Positions 1 through 6,254 of a DNA stretch of 64,000 bases are shown here, piece by piece. Every line of letters begins with the position of its first letter. Position 1 is the first letter of the stretch. Source of the stretch: Planctomycetota bacterium. GTDB taxonomy: Bacteria > Planctomycetota > JAJSAM01 > JAJVHW01. The position numbers were made by a program, and so were the translations under genes. The notes under the pieces are model-generated. The model saw only the letters and a list, made by a program, of their open reading frames with translations, did not search any database and had not been told where the DNA came from. The stretch lies in NCBI GenBank assembly GCA_022072415.1, contig JAJVHW010000002.1, positions 591 to 64,590 of the forward strand, given 5' to 3'.

Positions 1-141
1 GCCCCATCGGGCCGCGCTCGTGTAGAGGTCCGTCTGCGCGAGGAGCAGCGCGTCGTCCCAGAGGAACACGCCGCGGAGACCCGGCGCCTGCGCCGCAAAG
101 GAGAGGGCCGCGACGGCCATGCAGAGGAGGGCGCGATGCAC
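1..141 (-). CDS. N-terminal part of a membrane protein gene running off the left edge (partial)
   Basis: The minus frame is open from 141 to 1: (V)HRALLCMAVAALSFAAQAPGLRGVFLWDDALLLAQTDLYTSAARWG. It has a hydrophobic leader. The start is GTG 141 or ATG 120. It is missing from the ORF track only because no stop lies inside the window. Confidence 0.3.
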   Translation of the reverse strand, partial: MHRALLCMAVAALSFAAQAPGLRGVFLWDDALLLAQTDLYTSAARWG

Positions 142-229
142 GCCGGACAAGCATCGCACGCCCACGCGGCACACGTCTTTTTCTCGCCCGGCGTGGTATC
201 GTTTGCGACCCCCGAGGAGGACTTGCCCC

Positions 230-505
230 ATGGAAACCGTCGTCCGCACCGAGGACTTCCGCAACGAGGATCAGCGCAAGTCCGACCGCAAGCTGGTCGG
301 CACCTGGTGGCGCTGCCCGAGCCACGGCGTGACCGACGTTCCGATCCTCCTCTCGAGCGTGGCCTATTGCCCCGCCGACGACTGCGCCTCCCCCGTCAAG
401 CTCGTCCACTCCGCGATCAACGACCCCAACGCCAACGCCCAGGCCCGCAGCGTGTGGCGCAAGTCGAGCGACATGTTCCTCCCCCCCGCGCCCGAGGCCG
501 AGTAG
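230..505 (+). CDS. small hypothetical protein (91 aa) with zinc-ribbon-like Cys/His spacing
   Basis: ATG 230 sits 8 nt after GAGGAGGA (214-221). Composition is balanced (METVVRTEDFRNEDQRK...WWRCPSHG...YCPADDC), unlike the R/P-rich 5' extension of ORF 119..505. Confidence 0.5.
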   Translation: METVVRTEDFRNEDQRKSDRKLVGTWWRCPSHGVTDVPILLSSVAYCPADDCASPVKLVHSAINDPNANAQARSVWRKSSDMFLPPAPEAE

Positions 506-511
506 CCCGAC

Positions 512-641
512 CGCCGTTCGACGCTGCCGCTCCACGCCGCCGCTCGACGCTGCCGCTCAACGCCGCCGCTCGACGCCACCGCTCGACGCTGCCGTTCCGC
601 GCTGCCGCTCGACGCTACCGGTCGAAGCTGCCGGTCCCCAC
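512..641. repeat. tandem repeat, ten units of 13 bp (consensus YGCCGCTCGACGC)
   Basis: Units were read directly: cgccgttcgacgc, tgccgctccacgc, cgccgctcgacgc, tgccgctcaacgc, cgccgctcgacgc, caccgctcgacgc, tgccgttccgcgc, tgccgctcgacgc, taccggtcgaagc, tgccggtccccac. The period is not a multiple of 3. The array starts 7 nt after the stop of the 230..505 gene. Confidence 0.9.
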
Positions 642-889
642 CGCCGCCGCGGCCTCCGCTCCAGCCGCCGCGACCGACCGGCTGTCCGCCTGCGCGTCCG
701 CCCGCCGCGCAGCCTGCCGCCGTCGCACGTCCGACGACCCCAGCTCCGCTTCGCCGCGCCGTCCTCCGCGACTTGCCCGGACGGCACCCCATTCCTTGCC
801 GTCCCCGCACGCCGCTCCTAGGCTTCCCCGCTTCGCGCGCCGGACCCAGCCCGCCTCACCGCAGGCCCCCTCCGTCCGCGCCCAGCAAC

Positions 890-966
890 TCCCCGGTAGC
901 TCAGTTGGTTAGAGCGGCTGACTGTTAATCAGTAGGTCGAAGGTTCGAGTCCTTCCCGGGGAGCCA
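890..966 (+). tRNA. tRNA-Asn (anticodon GUU), CCA encoded
   Basis: A cloverleaf was drawn by hand. Acceptor is TCCCCGG/CCGGGGA and the D arm is GCTC..GAGC. The anticodon stem is GCTGA/TCAGT with loop CTGTTAA. The T arm is GAAGG-TTCGAGT-CCTTC, followed by discriminator G and CCA. Confidence 0.95.
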
Positions 967-1114
967 ACCTCGCTGGCGTCGGAAGACGACGCGCGAGACG
1001 TTAACGCTCGCCCCGTTCCTGAGAGGCCGAGCGCCCCGCGCGTAACGCGCTCCCCCGCCGCGACTTCCGTGCGCCCGCCGTCGCGCCCGCGTTTCTCGGT
1101 TCCGAACCGGAGAA

Positions 1115-1139
1115 GATGGTCAGCAACCGTTACCCCCGG
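1115..1139. other. perfect palindrome/hairpin AACCGTTACCCC-c-GGGGTAACGGTT inside arm A1
   Basis: The 12-nt arms are exactly complementary. The same arms occur at 3654..3681 with a different centre (GGGG). Confidence 0.85.
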
Positions 1140-1234
1140 GGTAACGGTTGGGGTCCCGGATCTCTCGGTCTCGAACTCTCCGATTCTCGCGTTTCAGAAC
1201 GGGCTTGTTTAACGCTCCGGAGACATCCTGGGTC

Positions 1235-1257
1235 CCATCTTCCGGCGTTTCGAACTC
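1235..1257 (+). repeat. 23-bp core CCATCTTCCGGCGTTTCGAACTC, copy 1
   Basis: An exact 23-mer present four times, all in the same orientation. Confidence 0.95.
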
Positions 1258-1306
1258 GCGATGCCGCGACTTCGTCGCGCCGGTGGCACTAGACTCGCGA
1301 AGGAGC

Positions 1307-1834
1307 ATGCCGACGACGACCGATCCGATCGACGCCTTCGCCGACACGTGCGAACGCTTCCTCGCCCTCTGCACCGACGACGCGCGACCCGAGGTCGAGC
1401 GCATGTGGTCGCTTCGCTCCACGTTGGGAGAGCTGATCGCTGGAATGGACCGGTTGCCGGTGTACACGGAGCCGTATGACCACGACGAGTCCCCGACGTA
1501 CGAGGAGATCCGTCGCCGCGTCGGCCCCCGCTATCCGTCGCTCGGCTACTACCACGATGTGCTGAACCTGCTCGCAGTCGGTGATCCTCCCGACACAGCC
1601 ATCGGCGACGCGATCGACGATCTGGTGGACACCTACCGGGAGTTGGCGTGCGGCTTGCGGCTCCTGCGCGACGGCAGCCGACGCGAGGCTGTCGGTCACT
1701 GGCGCCACGGGTTCTACTCACACTGGGGCAGCCACGCACTCGGAGCGGCGCGTGCGATCCACGAGCAGTTGCAGAAGTCAGGTTGGCTCGCGTCAGAAGG
1801 CGACGCACCGGGCACGCCGCGTTCACTCGGATAG
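1307..1834 (+). CDS. DUF5063-like protein (cargo 1)
   Basis: The C-terminal half reads DAIDDLVDTYRELACGL...WRHGFYSHWGSHALGAARAIH. This matches my memory of the DUF5063 pattern (DDLADIY.DL ... W..HWG.H...ALRALH). ATG 1307 has GGAG immediately upstream, which is unusually close spacing. Confidence 0.55.
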   Translation: MPTTTDPIDAFADTCERFLALCTDDARPEVERMWSLRSTLGELIAGMDRLPVYTEPYDHDESPTYEEIRRRVGPRYPSLGYYHDVLNLLAVGDPPDTAIGDAIDDLVDTYRELACGLRLLRDGSRREAVGHWRHGFYSHWGSHALGAARAIHEQLQKSGWLASEGDAPGTPRSLG

Positions 1835-1872
1835 TTCGATCCTCCGTAGGGCCACGGGCGCTCGGCCCACGT

Positions 1873-2052
1873 CGTCAACTCCGCACGGTCAGTTCGGCGA
1901 CTCCCGATTCCGGACCATCTTCCGGCGTTTCGAACTCCGTTCCGGTATCTGAAGAGTGGGGCCTTCGCGGCGAGTCGCCGCGGGAGCCCCGAACACCAGA
2001 CGACGGACCGGCCGGGACGCCCGGAGGACGCCGTGGGTGCCGCGCGAGCGGA
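1873..2052 (+). repeat. arm B copy 1 (about 175 bp, non-coding)
   Basis: It aligns with 6073..6245. The two are identical through the core and the next 20 nt (cgttccggtatctgaagagt) and patchy elsewhere. Confidence 0.85.
1915..1937 (+). repeat. 23-bp core, copy 2
   Basis: Exact copy of CCATCTTCCGGCGTTTCGAACTC. Confidence 0.95.
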
Positions 2053-2134
2053 CCTGCGTCGTCGTTCCCCGCCAGGTCCGTCCCGAGCGACACCCGCACG
2101 CCCTCCCGCGCCCCGGCGCCGACCGGAGGACGCA

Positions 2135-2383
2135 GTGCAGGACCCCTTCGATCCCGACGCGATGACGCCCGAGCAGCGGGAGCGCGAACTCTCCGCGCTG
2201 CTCGCGACGGGCTACCTGCGCCACCGCGCCCTGCGCGCTCCGGGTGCAGCAAGTACCTGCGTGCCGCGGCCGGACGACGGCGACCGTCAACGCGAGAAAG
2301 AAGTGGATGGTGTCGCGGAACAGAGCGTCCATGTGCCCCACGCCGACGGGAGCGCCCCGCCGGCCGAACAGGAGGCACGGTGA
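2135..2383 (+). CDS. small hypothetical protein translationally coupled to the DUF2924 gene
   Basis: GTG 2135 lies 4 nt after GGAGGA (2125-2130). The stop TGA overlaps ATG 2383 (TGATG). The segment DPFDPDAMTPEQRERELSALLATGYLRHRA looks protein-like. The start could instead be ATG 2162. Confidence 0.4.
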   Translation: MQDPFDPDAMTPEQRERELSALLATGYLRHRALRAPGAASTCVPRPDDGDRQREKEVDGVAEQSVHVPHADGSAPPAEQEAR

Positions 2384-3147
2384 TGAAGACGACGATGGCC
2401 GCCCAGATCGCGGCCCTCCGGGACATGACGGTCGCGGACCTCCGCGAGAAGTACCACGAGGTCTTCGGCGAAGAGACGCGCTCGCGCCACAAGGACTTCC
2501 TCTGGAAGCGGATCGCGTGGCGGCTTCAGGCCAACGAGGAGGGCGACCTCTCCGAGCGCGCGAAGCGCCGCGCCGCGGAGCTCGCCAACGACGCCGACCT
2601 CCGGGTCCGCGTCCCCTCCGGAGCGTTCGACGCCGGGCTCCCCGCCCACGGGCGGACGCGGACGCACGAGTTCTCCCGGCCGCACGACCCTCGGCTCCCG
2701 ATGCCCGGCACGGTGCTGACGCGGGAGTTCAAGGGTCGGCTCCTCCGCGTCACGGTGCTCGACGGCGGCTTCGAGTTCGAGGGCGCGGTCCACCGCTCCC
2801 TGTCCGCGATCGCGGAACTCGTGACCGGGACCCGCTGGAACGGCTTCCTCTTCTTCGGACTCACGAAGTCGCAGGCGACGAAACCGCGCGCCGCGGGCGG
2901 TGAGCTACTCCTCGAACAGCGCCCGCGGCAGCCCGCTCTGGCGGATGATCGACTGGAGCGTGCCGATCCGGACCTAGCGGTGCTCCGGCACGGGCACAGT
3001 CGTCGTCCCGGCTGCGGTCCGTCGCTGCATCACGACGTGACTGCCGCGCTGCCGGACCTCGACGAAGCCGGCACTCGCGCGGATCCTGCAGACGTCGCGC
3101 CCCGAGAGGACGCGAAGCCTACCCAACGGTCGCCTCGAACCTCGTGA
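2383..3147 (+). CDS. DUF2924 domain protein with an aberrant 3' extension
   Basis: ATG follows GGAGG (2371-2375). Recognisable motifs are AAQIAALRDMTVADLREKYHEVFG...FLWKRIAWRLQ...RSLSAIAELVTGTRWNGFLFFGL. After FFGL the frame stays open for about 240 nt, running antisense through hicA/hicB. Confidence 0.6.
   Translation: MKTTMAAQIAALRDMTVADLREKYHEVFGEETRSRHKDFLWKRIAWRLQANEEGDLSERAKRRAAELANDADLRVRVPSGAFDAGLPAHGRTRTHEFSRPHDPRLPMPGTVLTREFKGRLLRVTVLDGGFEFEGAVHRSLSAIAELVTGTRWNGFLFFGLTKSQATKPRAAGGELLLEQRPRQPALADDRLERADPDLAVLRHGHSRRPGCGPSLHHDVTAALPDLDEAGTRADPADVAPREDAKPTQRSPRTS
2905..3126 (-). pseudogene. hicA: HicA toxin gene with an in-frame TAG at 2974-2976
   Basis: Translation is (TTG)GRLRVLSGRDVCRIRASAGFVEVRQRGSHVVMQRRTAAGTTTVPVPEHR*VRIGTLQSIIRQSGLPRALFEE. 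HicA family motifs lie on both sides of the stop. The TTG start overlaps the hicB stop (TTGGGTAG). Confidence 0.7.
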
Positions 3148-3343
3148 CGAAGACGTCCGTGCGGACGCGCCGCGCAACCTCCTCGGGGTCGGCGCACTCG
3201 AGGAAGAGCTCGACGGCCTCGCGGAGATTCGCGGTGGCCTCCTCGACCGTCGCGCCCTGGCTCGCCACGTCGAGTTCCGGGCAGAGGGCAACGTAGCCGT
3301 CGCCTTCCTTCTCGACGATCGCGGTGTAGGTGTGACGGGTCAC
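3119..3343 (-). CDS. hicB: HicB-family antitoxin
   Basis: Sequence is VTRHTYTAIVEKEGDGYVALCPELDVASQGATVEEATANLREAVELFLE. It is upstream of and overlapping hicA. A GTG start at 3343 is assumed. Confidence 0.75.
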   Translation of the reverse strand: MTRHTYTAIVEKEGDGYVALCPELDVASQGATVEEATANLREAVELFLECADPEEVARRVRTDVFVTRFEATVG

Positions 3344-3653
3344 GAGGGGCTCGTTCGGTCCGACGATGGATCTCGCGGAAGCGTACCAGACCGGGCGGAT
3401 GCAGCGTGCGCCCGGACGCACCGGTCGCACTTGCACGGCGCGGCGGCGCGAGTGGTTCGTACCGGGGTTGCCGTCGGGGAGCCGACCTCGCTGGCGTCGG
3501 AAGACGACGCGCGAGACGTTCACGCTCGCCCCGTTCCTGAGACGCCGAGCGCCCCGCGCGTAACGCGCTCCCCCGCCGCAACTTCCGCGCGCACAGTGTC
3601 GCGACGGCGTTGCGCCCGCGATTCTCGGTTCCGAACCGGAGAAGATGGTCGGC

Positions 3654-3681
3654 AACCGTTACCCCGGGGGGGGTAACGGTT
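3654..3681. other. hairpin AACCGTTACCCC-gggg-GGGGTAACGGTT inside arm A2
   Basis: It has the same 12-nt arms as 1115..1139 with a different loop. Confidence 0.85.
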
Positions 3682-3766
3682 GGGGTCCCGGATCTCGCGG
3701 TCTCGAACTCTCCGATTCTCGCGTTTCAGAATGGGCTTGTTTGACGCTCCGGAGACATCCGGGGTC

Positions 3767-3789
3767 CCATCTTCCGGCGTTTCGAACTC
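3767..3789 (+). repeat. 23-bp core, copy 3
   Basis: Exact copy. Confidence 0.95.
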
Positions 3790-4239
3790 GGGCGGCCGGC
3801 ACGGACGAGACGTCGGCGACGCACGTGCCCACGCTCCTGGCGAGAAGGTGACACGTCCGGTCGGGCCGCTCGTCCGCTAGCATCCTCTCCAGCTGCGATC
3901 GTTTCGTACCGGACTGCGTGGAGGACGACGTGAGCAACTCGGAGGATCTGCTTCAGCGGACGTACGCAGCGCGTGACGCGTTCTGGAAGGAGTGGGGCGA
4001 CGTTGACCCTGACGTACTCGCGCCGCTCATCAGTCCCGCGTTCATGGGCGGTCCGAAGTGGCCGAACCTCCGGCAGGCGCTCGCGACGGTTAGACGGGGT
4101 TCGCTCACTCTGCTCGCGAGCAACGGCCTCTCCGACCCCTTCGACGACGAGGACCCACCGACACAGCAAGGATTCGGACTCGAGTTCTTCGCCGTCACGA
4201 AGGACGAGGTCCCCTCACCGGCTACTGCGTCGTGGTTGT

Positions 4240-5647
4240 GGGGTACGGTCAAGAGTTGTGGACGGCGACCCCGGAACGAAGTGCGGCGTACCCTTGGTGC
4301 CTTGTGCAAACGAGGCCACCAGAACGCCCCTACACGGGGCAGGAGTACGCCGCATGTCCAAGGGTACGGAACAGGGAGCCCAGGCGCCAGCAGCCACGGT
4401 CGTCCGCGACGTGCTGACCGAGATCGCGCGAGCCGGTGCGAAGAAGATGCTCGCGCAGGCGCTTGAGGACGAGGTCGCCGCGTACATCGCGGCGGCCGTC
4501 GAGGAGCGGGACGAGCGGGGCCGGCGGCTCGTCGTGCGCAACGGCCACGCGCAGGAGCGCGAGGTCCAGACGGGCCTGGGCCCGGTGCCGGTGCGGGCCC
4601 CGCGCGTACGCGACGGCCGGACGGACGGGGTCGGCGAGCCCGTGCGCTACACGAGCAAGATCCTGCCGCCGTACCTGCGCAAGACGCGCTCGGTCGAGGA
4701 ACTGCTCCCGTGGCTGTACCTCTCGGGCGTTTCGACGAACGGCTTCCAGCAGGCGCTGGCGTCGATCTTCGGGCCGGACGCGCCGGGTCTGTCGTCGCGG
4801 ACGATCGTGCGGCTCAAGGAGGTGTGGGAGGAGGAGTACGAGGCGTGGACCAGGCGGCCGCTCGGATCGAAGCGGTACGTGTACCTGTGGGTCGACGGCG
4901 TCCACGTGAACGTGCGCCTGACCGGCGAGCGGGCCTGCATCCTCGTCGTGATCGGCGCGACCTCGGACGGCGAGAAGGTGCTGCTCGCGGTCCACGACGG
5001 GGTGCGCGAGAGCGAGGAGTCGTGGAAGGACGTGCTGCTCTCGCTGCGCGACCGCGGGATGACGGTCGCCCCTGAACTCGCGATCGGCGACGGCGCGCTC
5101 GGCTTCTGGGCCGCCCTCCCGAAGGTCTTCCCGACGACGCGTGAGCAGCGGTGCTGGGTCCACAAGACGGCGAACGTCCTGAACAAGCTCCCGAAGACGC
5201 TGCACCCGGAGGCGAAGCGCCACCTGCATCAGATCTGGATGGCCGAGAGCCGGGCGAACGCGTTGCGCGCCCTCGCGAGCTTCGGCGAGTTGTTCCGCGC
5301 GAAGTACCCGAAGGCCGTCGAGTGCGTCGAGAAGGACAGGGACGCGCTGCTCGCCTTCTACGACTTCCCGGCCGAGCACTGGAAGCATCTGCGGACCACG
5401 AACCCGATCGAGTCCACCTTCTCCACCGTGAGGCTGCGGACCGACCGGACCAAGGGGTCCGGCTCACGCATCGCCTGCCTCACGATGGTCTTCAAGCTGT
5501 GCCAGTCGGCCGAGCGCTCGTGGCGCCGGCTCGACGCTGTCGAACGCCTCGGCGACCTCGTCCAGGGCGTCCGCTTCCAGGACGGCATCAAGGTCGCCGC
5601 ATGAACGACCCGCGCCGGCCGCCGTCCACAACTCTTGACCGTACCCC
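4240..5647 (+). mobile_element. IS256-family insertion sequence (1408 bp)
   Basis: Terminal inverted repeats GGGGTACGGTCAAGAGTTGTGGACGGC lie at 4240-4266 and, reverse-complemented, at 5621-5647. A 9-bp direct target duplication CGTGGTTGT lies at 4231-4239 and 5648-5656. Confidence 0.9.
4354..5604 (+). CDS. IS256-family (Mutator-like DDE) transposase
   Basis: 416 aa. AGGAG lies 8 nt upstream. Family-typical blocks are YLWVDGVHVNVR, ILVVIGATSDGEKVLLAV, CWVHKTANVLNKLPK and TTNPIESTFSTVRLR. Confidence 0.9.
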   Translation: MSKGTEQGAQAPAATVVRDVLTEIARAGAKKMLAQALEDEVAAYIAAAVEERDERGRRLVVRNGHAQEREVQTGLGPVPVRAPRVRDGRTDGVGEPVRYTSKILPPYLRKTRSVEELLPWLYLSGVSTNGFQQALASIFGPDAPGLSSRTIVRLKEVWEEEYEAWTRRPLGSKRYVYLWVDGVHVNVRLTGERACILVVIGATSDGEKVLLAVHDGVRESEESWKDVLLSLRDRGMTVAPELAIGDGALGFWAALPKVFPTTREQRCWVHKTANVLNKLPKTLHPEAKRHLHQIWMAESRANALRALASFGELFRAKYPKAVECVEKDRDALLAFYDFPAEHWKHLRTTNPIESTFSTVRLRTDRTKGSGSRIACLTMVFKLCQSAERSWRRLDAVERLGDLVQGVRFQDGIKVAA

Positions 5648-6072
5648 CGTGGTTGTACGCGCTGCTATGGCAGGTCTGCTTGAATGCGGCGGACACCGGG
5701 AAGTTCCGCGCCATGATCGATCAGTACGGGGTGATCGTGACCGAGCTCTACGACGTGAACGTCCCCGATACCTGGAAAAACTCGGAGGGTCGCGTGGGTG
5801 TCATCCTCGGGCTCAGCGAGGCGAGCGCGTCCGGCGTGCCATCGGAGGTCGTGCTCCCGCTTGAGCCGGTCCGCGTCGTGAACGTGAAGCTCCTGACGCT
5901 TGCGGAGCTGGAGTACGCCGCAAAGCACGGCGCCGAGGGCCGCGCGGAGCTCGCGCGTCGCTTCCAGTCGACCCCAGGGGCTCAGCGATCCAGCCTGACA
6001 CGGCCCTCCGTGATCTGACCCCCGGACTAGCCACTGGACGCGACGGGCGCGCGGGCGGCCGGAGTTCCTCCG

Positions 6073-6245
6073 CGTCAACCCGGTCGGCTCAGTTCGGCAA
6101 CTTCGTGTCTGGTCCCCCATCTTCCGGCGTTTCGAACTCCGTTCCGGTATCTGAAGAGTAGGACCCCCGAAGCGAGTCGCCGCGAGGGCCGCGATCACCG
6201 GAGAACGGACCGGCCGGGACGCCCGAAGGGTGCCGCGAACCGAGG
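6073..6245 (+). repeat. arm B copy 2, ending about 5-10 nt from the stop of the next chromosomal gene
   Basis: See 1873..2052. Confidence 0.85.
6117..6139 (+). repeat. 23-bp core, copy 4
   Basis: Exact copy. Confidence 0.95.
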
Positions 6246-6254
6246 GTACGAGCC

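Larger units (their letters stand above)
957..1258 (+). repeat. arm A copy 1 (about 300 bp, non-coding), begins inside the tRNA 3' acceptor strand
   Basis: It aligns by eye with 3475..3790 at roughly nine of ten positions plus one indel block. It starts at CGGGGAGCC of the tRNA and ends 1 nt after the 23-bp core. Confidence 0.9.
3475..3790 (+). repeat. arm A copy 2, preceded by a 9-nt copy of the tRNA-Asn 3' end
   Basis: See 957..1258. It begins CGGGGAGCCg (the tRNA has CGGGGAGCCa). Confidence 0.9.
3918..6018 (+). pseudogene. SUFU-like (suppressor-of-fused family) gene, cargo 2, split by an IS256-family insertion
   Basis: Removing 4240..5656 (the IS plus one target duplication) rejoins the gene in frame as 684 nt, reading ...PSPATASWL|YALLWQVCLNAADTGKF... 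Motifs LLASNGLSD, GFGLEFFAVT and VNVKLLTLAELEYAA resemble bacterial SUFU-domain proteins (GWGFEFTFRL, FLQVVGLTxDEYEAA) from memory. The start is GTG 3918 or GTG 3930. Confidence 0.55.

Noticed and set aside
119-229. The upstream extension of ORF 119..505 and the overlapping ORF 136..912.
   Set aside because: The extension is R/T/P-rich and has no RBS. ORF 136..912 reads through the 13-bp tandem array and the C-rich tract (RRSTLPL... repeats), which is an artefact of the repeat.
1284-1299. TGGCACtagacTCGCg, a sigma-54-like -24/-12 match just upstream of cargo 1.
   Set aside because: The spacing is right, but the predicted start site (about 1310) falls on or after the ATG at 1307 and after its GGAG. 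It is probably chance. It would only make sense for a leaderless or downstream start.
1148-1306. Conserved peptide MGSRISRSRTLRFSRFR.GLF.APETS.VPSSGVSNS encoded in both A arms (also 3680..3880).
   Set aside because: The peptide is Arg/Ser-rich. Of the four nucleotide differences between copies in this frame, three change the amino acid. The second copy continues into unrelated junk. Conservation is therefore at the DNA/RNA level.
3454-3484. A possible second tRNA or tRNA fragment (GGTTCG ... CGGGGAGCC).
   Set aside because: Only the hexamer and the 9-mer match. No T-stem or acceptor pairing can be drawn. It is treated as an att-like remnant, not a gene.
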